This document shows, one piece after another, positions 37,934 to 46,890 of a DNA stretch of 64,000 nt (positions are counted from its first letter, which is position 1; every line of letters starts with the position of its first letter). The stretch lies in the IMG/VR virus record IMGVR_UViG_3300034170_000057. One strand, given 5' to 3'. A program made the translations under genes and the position numbers. This DNA is from a virus (Duplodnaviria > Caudoviricetes). The notes beneath the pieces were generated by a model that saw only the letters and a list, made by a program, of their open reading frames with translations, did not search any database and was not told the origin of the DNA.

Positions 37934-38563
37934 ATGGAATATCTACTGTTCACGGTTGGATTGCTTGGTATCGCGCTATGCCTTGCGGCGCTGTGCCGGT
38001 TAACATTTGGCACGCGGGATGCGGGTAAGCTGGAAATCACCACCACCGAAATTAAACCAGACCAGATTAACGCCTCGGACTATAAAGAGCCGGGTAGTTT
38101 CTGGAGTGGTGCAAAACCTGTTGCTCCAATGCGCGATATTCCGTTCACACGTGAAGAGCGCGAACAGGCACGGGCCAAGGCCAACGCCGAGGCCAACGAA
38201 TCGCAAAACGTGCCCAATCCGGAAACTGTAAATTTGGAGAAGCCTAAACCGAAATTCGATTACCCGAACTTCGAAGGCTTTCCTTTTGACGGGGATACAT
38301 ACGACGAATTCAATTTGTCTATGATGACGCACGGCTTTGTCATTCGCTTTATTATGGCTAGCCACGAAGTGCAGGTAATCTATACGCCGCCTAAATCGCG
38401 GAACCCTATGGAGGCCCTGCGTCGTTTTTATTCTCCACCGAAAGCTATTTTCCCGCTGAACCTGCTACACGATGAAGGCCGTATGCGCACCGCGTTGTGG
38501 GCCATGCGTAAATTGAAATCCGATGAACGCCCACCAGAACTGGATGCGTTCGCGTACTTGTGA
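37934..38563 (+). CDS. membrane-anchored hypothetical protein
   Basis: AAGGAGG RBS; N-terminal TM. Confidence 0.7.
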   Translation: MEYLLFTVGLLGIALCLAALCRLTFGTRDAGKLEITTTEIKPDQINASDYKEPGSFWSGAKPVAPMRDIPFTREEREQARAKANAEANESQNVPNPETVNLEKPKPKFDYPNFEGFPFDGDTYDEFNLSMMTHGFVIRFIMASHEVQVIYTPPKSRNPMEALRRFYSPPKAIFPLNLLHDEGRMRTALWAMRKLKSDERPPELDAFAYL

Positions 38564-39069
38564 GGCCCCGCATGATTTCCGAAAACGCAAAAGGCATTTG
38601 GCTGACAACCCAACCGGGCAAGCCTTACCCTGTGCGCGTGAATATCAGTCGTCGCGAAGTTGAATATGACCAGCGACGTACTGATCACGACTGCAATGAA
38701 GAGTTCGACCTTCACATAACTTTGAAGGACGATAAAAATAATCGGTCGTTTGCCACCGTGGTTATTTCCGGTGGTGGCCTTATGGCCGCGTTGGGGAATC
38801 GCGCAGAAATCCGGGCCAGTCTAATTTTCGAAGACAGCGCCGAATTACTCGGCCTGTTGAAAGAAACCAAAGAGGTCTGGATTAAGGCGCAACCCAAACT
38901 CAATTACAACGACGAACCCAAACTGAAAAAGGCGTGGACGCACGAAGGCTGGATGTACTCCGGTGGCTATAATGATCACCGTCGCAGTGAGAAACGCGCA
39001 GATGGCGAATACTACCGGTGCGAACTTGTGCGCTACGTCAAAGCCGAATCCGAGGATGAACAGGAATGA
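38560..39069 (+). CDS. hypothetical protein
   Basis: About 169 aa; start may be 38572. Confidence 0.65.
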   Translation: MRPRMISENAKGIWLTTQPGKPYPVRVNISRREVEYDQRRTDHDCNEEFDLHITLKDDKNNRSFATVVISGGGLMAALGNRAEIRASLIFEDSAELLGLLKETKEVWIKAQPKLNYNDEPKLKKAWTHEGWMYSGGYNDHRRSEKRADGEYYRCELVRYVKAESEDEQE

Positions 39070-39587
39070 AAACCACTGCATGGAACGAAGCGCACGAATT
39101 AAATTTCCAGTCGCTGCAAGACCTGTTCAAGACTACCCGCGAGACGCTTGAATTTATGAAAGCGGCCAAAGAGCGTGAAATCTCGCCGGAAGAATTGTCG
39201 CGCCGTATCGGCGTTGAGAAAATCCGCCAAGACAAAATCATGGCGCGGCTGTGTGACTACGTTAAACGCAACGGCGGGCGCTACACGGTCGGCAAGTTGG
39301 AAAACGGTTCCATGGGCCACACCACTTATAATTGGACGCTGATTTTGCATCTGGTCGGCGGGCACAAATTGGAATTCCAGTTTGCGCGCTGTTATGAGCC
39401 GGAAGTTTTCGACGTGCCACTTTCGCACCAGTGGTATTTCCGCCCAAAAGGCCGTCGCGCATATTTCATTATGCAAGACCAAGGCTATAACGATTGTGAA
39501 TCGGTTCCTGAATTGACCCGCTACGTTAAGCAGGCCCTGAAATGGGCGTCTGACGAAATGGGCACCAAAATCGAAATTAAGAAATAA
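39066..39587 (+). CDS. hypothetical protein
   Basis: 173 aa. Confidence 0.7.
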   Translation: MKTTAWNEAHELNFQSLQDLFKTTRETLEFMKAAKEREISPEELSRRIGVEKIRQDKIMARLCDYVKRNGGRYTVGKLENGSMGHTTYNWTLILHLVGGHKLEFQFARCYEPEVFDVPLSHQWYFRPKGRRAYFIMQDQGYNDCESVPELTRYVKQALKWASDEMGTKIEIKK

Positions 39588-39596
39588 GGACATACC

Positions 39597-39977
39597 ATGC
39601 TTACGCTGATGTTAAAATTGTGTTTGGCAGGGCAGCCGTGCAAAGAAGTCCGGATCGCGGATTTCTACTCGGCGCAGGCTTCTTACATGTGCAGCCTCAA
39701 CCGTGGCGGAATGGCCGAGCAATCCAAAAAGGAAGGGCGCACCGGCACATTCGAATGCAAACCGGGTTTAGGGCCTAGCACGCTCAAATCCTCGGCTGTG
39801 TTGAATTTCAAAGTCTGCACCGCCGACAAGACATGCGAGACTTTCCCCCTTGCGGATTTCTACGGCAAGGAAATGGCGGTCCCGATGTGTACCAAGAACG
39901 TGGAATATATGCAGCCCGGTTTTATACAGGCTGCAAAAGAAACAGGGGCCACTGTAGAACTCAACTGCCAATCGTAA
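39597..39977 (+). CDS. Cys-rich protein with two tandem repeats
   Basis: C-x5-C...ADFY...MC...C occurs twice. Confidence 0.7.
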   Translation: MLTLMLKLCLAGQPCKEVRIADFYSAQASYMCSLNRGGMAEQSKKEGRTGTFECKPGLGPSTLKSSAVLNFKVCTADKTCETFPLADFYGKEMAVPMCTKNVEYMQPGFIQAAKETGATVELNCQS

Positions 39978-39987
39978 GGGGGCGCAG

Positions 39988-40293
39988 ATGAATCCCGAGT
40001 TATGCGTGATGCTTGCGGTTGCCGTTGGCGCCGCTGTGATGCTGATTTCGATTCTGTGTCTTGTGTGCCTACTTACATCGGTGCGTAGAAAGTTATGGCA
40101 CACCGAGCTAAACAATCGTGCGTGGCAAAATGAAAACCAGATACTGCGCCGCCAGATAGAAGAGGATCGGAACGCGGATCGCGCCCGCCGTGGTGATCAC
40201 GGGAAGGTTTACGAGGGCAGCTATAGAGAGTTGCGCAAGTGCAGGAAGACCGGGCGCTGGTCCACCGTCCGGGAAGTGGAAGTGAATCCGTAA
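39988..40293 (+). CDS. membrane-anchored small protein
   Basis: N-terminal TM followed by coiled segment. Confidence 0.55.
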   Translation: MNPELCVMLAVAVGAAVMLISILCLVCLLTSVRRKLWHTELNNRAWQNENQILRRQIEEDRNADRARRGDHGKVYEGSYRELRKCRKTGRWSTVREVEVNP

Positions 40294-40304
40294 CCAACAC
40301 CAAA

Positions 40305-40510
40305 GGCTCCCCAGTTCACGCTGGCGGGGCCTTTGTCGTTTCTGGCGTGCGTTGGCCGCTCTCTATACGCGGGCGCGGGCCTGTACGCTTTCTAGGGCCT
40401 GCAATAGAAAGCGCTTGACGGATAGAGGGGGCTTTGATACCTTTGGCCTCAATCGGGCTTCTGCTGCCCGCAGAAAAGCCCCTCACGGAATAAAGGAAGT
40501 TTGAATCATG
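40305..40510 (+). promoter_or_regulatory. terminator + sigma70 promoter + hairpin + (C)CTCAC leader (copy 5)
   Basis: ...CTTTGTCGTTTCTGG; TTGACG(40415)-17-TACCTT; CGGGC-TTCTGCT-GCCCG; CCTCAC; AGGAAGTT. Confidence 0.85.
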
Positions 40511-40648
40511 GCCTACGCAACGACCGCCAAACGCAAAACGGAAACCAAGACCGCCACGTGGAAATGGGATTCGCAGATTCGCATGGAACAGGAAGCCCGT
40601 GAAAAGCAAGTTAGTGACGCCGCTCGCCGCTTTCGCAAATCCATCTAA
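40508..40648 (+). CDS. small early protein (46 aa; not in ORF track)
   Basis: MAYATTAKRK...RKSI; AGGAAGT RBS. Confidence 0.7.
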   Translation: MAYATTAKRKTETKTATWKWDSQIRMEQEAREKQVSDAARRFRKSI

Positions 40649-40673
40649 CCCCAACCCATTAAGGAACACCAAA

Positions 40674-40904
40674 ATGAAACGCGTCTACGAAATCCGCCTC
40701 ACCGCAACATTCACCAACACCGAAACCGGCACTACCATGAGCAAGGGCATTAACTACCCGCTGGTAGAAGAAACCGCCGACGCTGCAATTGCCAAGGCAC
40801 AAACGGCGGAACGTATCGGCATGATTGTCGCCACGTACATTCCCCAGCAGCACCAGCGCAAAGTCACCTGCACCGTCTCCAACATCACCGCCAACGCTAA
40901 ATAA
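40674..40904 (+). CDS. small early protein
   Basis: AAGGA RBS. Confidence 0.7.
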   Translation: MKRVYEIRLTATFTNTETGTTMSKGINYPLVEETADAAIAKAQTAERIGMIVATYIPQQHQRKVTCTVSNITANAK

Positions 40905-40916
40905 GGAGTATCGAAA

Positions 40917-41060
40917 ATGGAATACGCAACCACCGCAATGGGCCACGTAAAAGAAATCGCCGTCCTGATCGCGTTCGGCTCCGCACTCGGCGCATTCGCC
41001 TACTTCGAACTACGCAAGAAACGCAACGCGCCTAAACCGCGTGGCGCTACCAAAATCTAA
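40917..41060 (+). CDS. small membrane peptide (47 aa; not in ORF track)
   Basis: AAGGAG RBS; single TM plus basic tail. Confidence 0.65.
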   Translation: MEYATTAMGHVKEIAVLIAFGSALGAFAYFELRKKRNAPKPRGATKI

Positions 41061-41111
41061 AACGCTGTACCCGCCACACAAACCACTCTCCTGACTGTAA
41101 AGGATTCTAAA

Positions 41112-41522
41112 ATGAAAACCGTAGCTGCTTTCCCTGCTTTCGACGTTATCGACCTTGAACAAGATGTAATCTGCATCGCCCGCGAACAGATGGACAATTT
41201 TACCGGCCTGAAATTCTGCGTTGCGAAAGAAACTCTGCGTCATGGCACCCTGTACCCGGAAGTTCGCCCGTACTGTGCTGCGTACTACGCGCAGGACTAC
41301 AACGAATGCCCGGTAGCTGCCGAAACGCGTTGCGACGACCTGAAGCATGAAAAATACTGGGTCGGCAATTGCGGCGCCATGATCACCAGCGAAAAGCGTA
41401 ACAAGGGCGTCCGGATCTTTTTGAAACCGGGCCAGAAAATCGAAATGAACGGCGTGCTTCTTGAGTTCTACCAGAAAGCGCCGCGTTCGGAACACTACGG
41501 CTTGAAACCCGTAGTCGCGTAA
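41112..41522 (+). CDS. hypothetical protein
   Basis: AAGGA RBS; 136 aa. Confidence 0.75.
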   Translation: MKTVAAFPAFDVIDLEQDVICIAREQMDNFTGLKFCVAKETLRHGTLYPEVRPYCAAYYAQDYNECPVAAETRCDDLKHEKYWVGNCGAMITSEKRNKGVRIFLKPGQKIEMNGVLLEFYQKAPRSEHYGLKPVVA

Positions 41523-41603
41523 ACAGTTAGTTGATTCTGCGCATCCGTGTGGTGCGCAGGCGTGACGAAACTGAAACAGCACTAATTAGCTACGAGGTAG
41601 ATC

Positions 41604-41843
41604 ATGTTCGACAATTTGAGATTTTCAATCGGCACGGTCGGTGACACAACTTACACCGGTATCGTGATCGAAGACGACGGCTTCATTGTGGAATACGATT
41701 TTGTGTTTCAGGATGAACCTGAAGCCCGTGATTTTTTCGGGGAAGTTTACTGGGCGCGTGTTACCGCCTACGCAAAACCAACGTTTGCAGTTCCGAACCC
41801 GGAATATGCAGAGGTCACACACTCCATAGGGGCGCGGTCATGA
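41604..41843 (+). CDS. hypothetical acidic protein
   Basis: GAGG RBS. Confidence 0.6.
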   Translation: MFDNLRFSIGTVGDTTYTGIVIEDDGFIVEYDFVFQDEPEARDFFGEVYWARVTAYAKPTFAVPNPEYAEVTHSIGARS

Positions 41844-42343
41844 CAGCTAATCGTAAGAAAACCGAAACCCTGCATATGCGCCTGAATTTCCGCCATAAGC
41901 TGTATCTGGTCGCACTCGCAAACGTGCAAGAAACCACGGCGTCTAGTTACGTGGAAACGCTGCTGGATAATTTGGCAGCTAAGCAGACCGTGGACGGTTG
42001 CCTCGGCACGCTGACGATTAAAGACGCCGTGGATATTGCGATAATCAAAGGCTCGCCAGCCATGACCGCACTGCGCACGTTTTATATCGCGCCTCAAATT
42101 CTAAGCCCGTCTGATATGGCAATGCAGCGTGCCCTAGAATGCAACATGGATTATTTCGGCGGCACTGACGAAATTCTAACAGCGGATGAAATTGGAACGG
42201 GCCAGCGCCCACCGTCTGTAAACGCCGCGTTGCTTGCGGACCATCTTGAGGTTTTGCAGGAATACGCAAACTTCGCAAAATCGAACCCGCATATGGTTAT
42301 GTCCTACGTCGATTATCGCCGTTGCACTGGCCGCTCTGAATAA
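41840..42343 (+). CDS. putative ribbon-helix-helix DNA-binding protein
   Basis: KKTETLHMRL...K..L..LA..Q..T.SSYV..LL. Confidence 0.55.
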   Translation: MTANRKKTETLHMRLNFRHKLYLVALANVQETTASSYVETLLDNLAAKQTVDGCLGTLTIKDAVDIAIIKGSPAMTALRTFYIAPQILSPSDMAMQRALECNMDYFGGTDEILTADEIGTGQRPPSVNAALLADHLEVLQEYANFAKSNPHMVMSYVDYRRCTGRSE

Positions 42344-42353
42344 GGATCACGTG

Positions 42354-42740
42354 ATGCAAACTTTTATGAGTTGGTTTCCGCACTGGTATATCGGCGCCTG
42401 CTTTATGTTGGGTTTCGTGATTCTGCCGATCATGGTTTTTCTGGCGTCTCGCCCGTTGCTCATTGGTTTGAGTTACGGCCTTTGGGAAACCGTGTGCTGG
42501 TACAAGTGCGGCCTGCCGATGTGGAAAGTTTTCCGGCGCCTTTTTATTGCGGTGCTGTGGGATACTTTCACATGGCGCCTTATCAACAGCTACACGGAAA
42601 ACGTGAGCCACAACGAAGGGAGCTGGAGCGGCATTTTCCGCTGGAGTTTCCGAAAAACATTTACCCGCGCTGCTGGCAAGAAATTTATTGCACAGCAAGC
42701 GGCGGCAAAACGTAAAGCAGCTATGGACGCAGACGTATGA
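42354..42740 (+). CDS. membrane protein
   Basis: Hydrophobic N-terminal half. Confidence 0.6.
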   Translation: MQTFMSWFPHWYIGACFMLGFVILPIMVFLASRPLLIGLSYGLWETVCWYKCGLPMWKVFRRLFIAVLWDTFTWRLINSYTENVSHNEGSWSGIFRWSFRKTFTRAAGKKFIAQQAAAKRKAAMDADV

Positions 42741-42976
42741 AACCTCGTGAACCTTTGTGGTCCCTGAAAGATTTGGCAGGCCACGCAAAAGTTACGGAAA
42801 GCGCACTAACACAGCGCTCTAAGAAACATCCCATTCCGCCCGCGTTTAATCAGGAAGACGGGCGTATTGATTCACGGTTCGGCTCTGTGGCAATCGCAGG
42901 CCGTTATCGCCGGTCGGCAATTCTGGAGTGGTTCAACACGCAGGATGCGGCAACCCCGTTTAAACGGAAGGCATAA
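42737..42976 (+). CDS. AlpA/excisionase-like HTH protein
   Basis: LWSLKDLA....VTESAL....KK..IPPAF...RYRRSAILEWF. Confidence 0.55.
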   Translation: MKPREPLWSLKDLAGHAKVTESALTQRSKKHPIPPAFNQEDGRIDSRFGSVAIAGRYRRSAILEWFNTQDAATPFKRKA

Positions 42977-42979
42977 GCC

Positions 42980-43174
42980 ATGTACAAGACTGATTACAAA
43001 ACCGATCCTGATTTTGTTGCGGATCAGGATATTCACGGTGCTATTCAGTGGGCGAGATATTCGCAGCGGCATTTTATACAGGCCATGCGTCATGGTTTTC
43101 TCATGGCGGCGTATGAATACAAAGTAGATCGCGACACGTTTATGCAGCGTGCGCGAAACTGTAAATCTAAATAA
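42980..43174 (+). CDS. hypothetical protein
   Basis: 64 aa. Confidence 0.5.
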   Translation: MYKTDYKTDPDFVADQDIHGAIQWARYSQRHFIQAMRHGFLMAAYEYKVDRDTFMQRARNCKSK

Positions 43175-43186
43175 GGGAATTAAATC

Positions 43187-43663
43187 ATGACCACTCTCAA
43201 CACGATCAAGAAAGGCCCGTTCAAAGGCATGGTGCTGATTGTAAACGACCACATTAAATCGAAGGCTGTCCTGTGGCCGCACGAAGCCGCCATGGAAATT
43301 GAAAAGGGCGCCCGCGTAGTCGAGGAAAAAGAATGGGATGCTTTCAAAACGCAATCCATGATCGACCGGGATACAAAGGCCGTCGCGCCTATTGAAGCGG
43401 AGCCCGTCGCGCCTATTGTTGAGGGGCCAGATTTTTCGATTCTGGATTTGCCCGGTACGCGCCGCGTTGTGAAAGTGCAAGTCTCTGAAAAATTCTACGC
43501 GGAGACACGGGAATTCGAAAGCGGCTGGGGTAACAAGCGCGATGACCTGCTGGAATTCGACACGGCGGAAGAACGGGATGCGTGGTGCAAAGCCTACAAC
43601 CTGAAACACAACAGTGAAGCCGCCACGCCAGCGTGGTACATAAAAGCCTTCGTGTTGAATTAA
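43187..43663 (+). CDS. hypothetical protein
   Basis: AAGGG RBS. Confidence 0.7.
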   Translation: MTTLNTIKKGPFKGMVLIVNDHIKSKAVLWPHEAAMEIEKGARVVEEKEWDAFKTQSMIDRDTKAVAPIEAEPVAPIVEGPDFSILDLPGTRRVVKVQVSEKFYAETREFESGWGNKRDDLLEFDTAEERDAWCKAYNLKHNSEAATPAWYIKAFVLN

Positions 43664-43734
43664 TCACTGCTGCACATTCTGAGGTCTAGAGTGTGCAACG
43701 GGATAAACTCCAATCACAAACGAGGAAGTGAAAG

Positions 43735-44418
43735 ATGACCGAGATTATTTATCTGATTTTAGAAGTGCTGGGGGTTGCATCCCTGCTTTATGTTTTCGTC
43801 AGATATGTGGTGCCATCGCTGCTGTGGTTATCGGCTGCCGTTTTCGGTTTCCGATGCCACCTGACGATTGCGAAACTGCACGGAATTGATACGGCGCCTA
43901 TTTGGGCAAGCGCGCCCCGGCATATTTTTCGTGCGTGGATGGAACATATGGATTACCACGTAACGCTGCGTGATCCTGATTTGTCGTATCACTACCGCAC
44001 CGGCACCCACAACAGCGTCACGAAGAATGAACCGTGGCTAGATCAATTGGCAACCGCACTTCGCCTCGGTCGCACGCTTATGCGCCTCGACGTTTTCAAG
44101 GATGGCGCGGACCTGCAAGTAAACGAAACGCTGAATTGTTCGATTGCGACGTTGCCTCCCGGCCTTTTGGGTAGGGATGGTTTTTACCGCGTGCTGTTTC
44201 TGTATCCGGAATCGCCGGTTATGGAATCGGTGATCGGCCTCGACCTCGTGCGTATGTTCAAAACAATTAAATACTACATGCCCGGACTGGACTATGTGGT
44301 GGTGGTAAACCCACGCCAGTTGATCGACGGTAAACACAACCTGATCGAATATCTGTCTGCCACTAACGGCATATGGATCGGCTGTGACCATCTGGCTTTT
44401 GAAATACCCAAGGACTGA
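43735..44418 (+). CDS. membrane-anchored hypothetical protein
   Basis: GAGG RBS; N-terminal TM. Confidence 0.7.
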   Translation: MTEIIYLILEVLGVASLLYVFVRYVVPSLLWLSAAVFGFRCHLTIAKLHGIDTAPIWASAPRHIFRAWMEHMDYHVTLRDPDLSYHYRTGTHNSVTKNEPWLDQLATALRLGRTLMRLDVFKDGADLQVNETLNCSIATLPPGLLGRDGFYRVLFLYPESPVMESVIGLDLVRMFKTIKYYMPGLDYVVVVNPRQLIDGKHNLIEYLSATNGIWIGCDHLAFEIPKD

Positions 44419-44568
44419 CTGCCGTTGAGGCGAAGGCGCTCGCTGTTGCTGGTGCGTCCCACGACATAGGCAACGTTCTAACGGGCCTCGGTGAACGTGA
44501 GGGGCTGTTTCTGCAATGGGCACAGGGTCGCAGAGGCTTGAAGTTGAAACGTTGCTGTAGCGAGTGCA

Positions 44569-44691
44569 AGCGGCCCCTGTAGGGGCTGTTTTCGTTTGTT
44601 GACCGTTCGTCAGTCGATAGGTACAATGAAAACCAGTCGGGCAAGTTGCGCCCACGATTCACCCACTCACGCAATAAGGGAAGTTAGAATG
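44569..44691 (+). promoter_or_regulatory. terminator + sigma70 promoter + hairpin + CACTCAC leader (copy 6)
   Basis: GCGGCCCC/GGGGCTGT-TTT; TTGACC(44599)-17-TACAAT; GGGC-AAGTTGC-GCCC; CACTCAC 44664; GGGAAGTT. Confidence 0.85.
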
Positions 44692-45153
44692 AACAGCCTA
44701 AATGCTTTGCCATCCCTGCAATTCAATATCGCCACCTGCGCAGAATCCACCGAACTGCGCGTGCAGTTGCAGGACGGTTTAGTTACCGAAACCGAATTCC
44801 TCAAAAAGCTGATCGACCTTGCAACGCGTCACCGCGTGTTGCCGGTTGCAGTGCTGGCACAATTTGCAGACGGTGCTTTTCCTTACGGCGTTGCTGTAGG
44901 GAGTTACGAAAGTGACGGCAGTGAAAATTGCAAATACTGCGACGACTTCGCCAGCCTACGGGATGCGATTGTGGCGTGGGGGCATTATTCGCCGGGTGCG
45001 GCATGGGCGCGGTTAGAACATCGCGTAGACAATTTTGTGTACGGCCTTGACCCTTACAAAATTCGTAAGGCCAAAAAGGTTGTAGACGACAACGGCGAAG
45101 CGCGCACGCTGTACATGATGTGCGATGCCAACGGCAACTTTCTGGAGAATTGA
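44689..45153 (+). CDS. hypothetical early protein
   Basis: First gene after leader copy 6. Confidence 0.7.
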   Translation: MNSLNALPSLQFNIATCAESTELRVQLQDGLVTETEFLKKLIDLATRHRVLPVAVLAQFADGAFPYGVAVGSYESDGSENCKYCDDFASLRDAIVAWGHYSPGAAWARLEHRVDNFVYGLDPYKIRKAKKVVDDNGEARTLYMMCDANGNFLEN

Positions 45154-45155
45154 GA

Positions 45156-45353
45156 ATGTCCGACAAGGCAATGGAAGACGCAATCGCGGAAGCAGAGCGC
45201 AACGGTAGCAGCCGCGTGAAAATTCCCCAAGACGGGAAACCGCGCTGCCGGAACTGCGGATACGTTACCAGCGAGCGGGGGCCATTCAATGAGCCTCTGC
45301 ACTCTGCCTGCTGGGCGGAAGAGGACGAAGCCATAGACGCCCTTTCAACGTAA
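45156..45353 (+). CDS. small protein with CRNC motif
   Basis: GGAG RBS. Confidence 0.55.
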   Translation: MSDKAMEDAIAEAERNGSSRVKIPQDGKPRCRNCGYVTSERGPFNEPLHSACWAEEDEAIDALST

Positions 45354-45371
45354 CCGGCACCACGCCAAGAC

Positions 45372-45435
45372 AAGCCCGCCCTGTGCGGGTTTTGTCCGTA
45401 GTAAAACAAATCGACCTTTATCAAGGAATTGCATC
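45372..45435 (+). repeat. terminator-RBS cassette (copy 3 of 3)
   Basis: CCCGCCCTGTGCGGGTTTTGTCCGTAGTAAAACAAATCGACCTTTATCAAGGAATT. Confidence 0.9.
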
Positions 45436-46674
45436 ATGTCCAAGAACAAAGAAGTTACCGCCGCACAACAGAACGCTATCCGTCTGATCATCACAGAGCA
45501 AATGGGACTGAAACGCGGGCACCCGATTTGTTCCACCGCTTCGATTGAACACTCCCTGAAAATCGACGATTTGGATCTGGACGAAATCGTCATGAACATG
45601 GAAGAGGAATTCGAAATCGCAATTCCAAACCATGTAGTTAAAAAATGGAACATCGTCTCGGATATGGAACAGTTCATCGCGAACAAAGCGCCGAAGGATT
45701 ACGGGAGTTCGTTCCGGGTTGCACAGCCGAAGAAAATGGCTGTGAAGAAATCCACGGCTGTTGCGCAGCCTGCGAAGTTCCTGAATGGCCGTTCGCACAA
45801 CCTCATGCAGGTTATGGACGAACTTGAGAAAAAGTTGAAGCCTACGAAAGCCACGCAGGGTTTCACAATGCGCAGCGAAGGCACCAGCACCATCGCCTGT
45901 TACGCGGCTGACCCTTCGGTGCCGTTTGCGCGTGCTGTGGTATCGGTAAGCGAAGGCTTTAACGGGTTCCGTTTGTACGTCGGCAAAATGCTGGTGATCG
46001 AACACAACATCGGTTCCGAATCGCACATTCTGGAATTGTGTGAGTTGGCGCGCCATGCGGGCGCATCCATGCCGGTAAGTCTCGACGACTGGATGATTAA
46101 CGTAATCGTGCGTTACGTATCGTGTGTGAAGAAAACGCTGCGATATATGCAGCACCTGAGCAATCACAAAGACGCCATGCAGCAGTTGTATAATTTGCAA
46201 AACACGTTCGAATTAAAAATCTCGACACGGGTTTTCGATTTCTACGCTGGCGACCACCTTCTGGAAAATTGTTCGGCGGATGTGCTGCGCGTGTTTACCG
46301 AAATGCTGGAATCGGTTCACACCAAAGACGGCGTTGGCTACACATACGGTTCTTCGTTCCGTGAGGGTGACGACGAAGACGACGATGGCGAAGACGAATT
46401 CCCATCCGAAACTATTATCGTCGAGGACGAAGACGAAATCGTGGATTTGCTGGCTGCCGTTTCTACGCCCGGTCTGGTCGCCATTTTCAACCACATCGCG
46501 AATCTAGGCATGGGCGATTTTGACAATTCCGAAGTTTACGAATTGTCGGGTATTAAACGCCGGATCGAAATCATCCACGAACTCTGCGACAACCTGCACA
46601 TGGCGGCGCTGGTGGAATGCGCACAGGCCGTCGATTTGAAACCGGGTGACGCGGCAATTTTTGCCGGGAGATAA
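45436..46674 (+). CDS. protein with N-terminal acyl-carrier-protein-like domain lacking the Ppant serine
   Basis: LKIDDLDLDEIVMNMEEEFEIAIP aligns without gaps to AcpP [24 protein letters not shown]; Ser->Asp at 45568-45570. Confidence 0.85.
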   Translation: MSKNKEVTAAQQNAIRLIITEQMGLKRGHPICSTASIEHSLKIDDLDLDEIVMNMEEEFEIAIPNHVVKKWNIVSDMEQFIANKAPKDYGSSFRVAQPKKMAVKKSTAVAQPAKFLNGRSHNLMQVMDELEKKLKPTKATQGFTMRSEGTSTIACYAADPSVPFARAVVSVSEGFNGFRLYVGKMLVIEHNIGSESHILELCELARHAGASMPVSLDDWMINVIVRYVSCVKKTLRYMQHLSNHKDAMQQLYNLQNTFELKISTRVFDFYAGDHLLENCSADVLRVFTEMLESVHTKDGVGYTYGSSFREGDDEDDDGEDEFPSETIIVEDEDEIVDLLAAVSTPGLVAIFNHIANLGMGDFDNSEVYELSGIKRRIEIIHELCDNLHMAALVECAQAVDLKPGDAAIFAGR

Positions 46675-46677
46675 AAA

Positions 46678-46875
46678 ATGGTTAAGGTAGTTTCTGCACC
46701 GCCCCTGCTTTTTCGTTGCACCAGTTGCGGTGCGACGTGTGAGGGTGAAGAAAAAGATTTCAAAGAGCAGCACACAATGCCGCCGACGTGGAAAGTCAAA
46801 TGCGGTTATTGCAACCTGACAAATACCGTCAGCCCTTCGGCGCTGATTTCAAGACTGGTCGGCACACGCTTTTAA
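46678..46875 (+). CDS. small Zn-ribbon protein
   Basis: CTSC...CGYC. Confidence 0.65.
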   Translation: MVKVVSAPPLLFRCTSCGATCEGEEKDFKEQHTMPPTWKVKCGYCNLTNTVSPSALISRLVGTRF

Positions 46876-46890
46876 TCGAGGAAGTAAAAG

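Noticed and set aside
44415-44582. Open frame (LTAVEAK...CSECKRPL) after the 43735 gene as a frameshift or readthrough extension
   Set aside because: No start codon, no slippery sequence, and it overlaps a terminator
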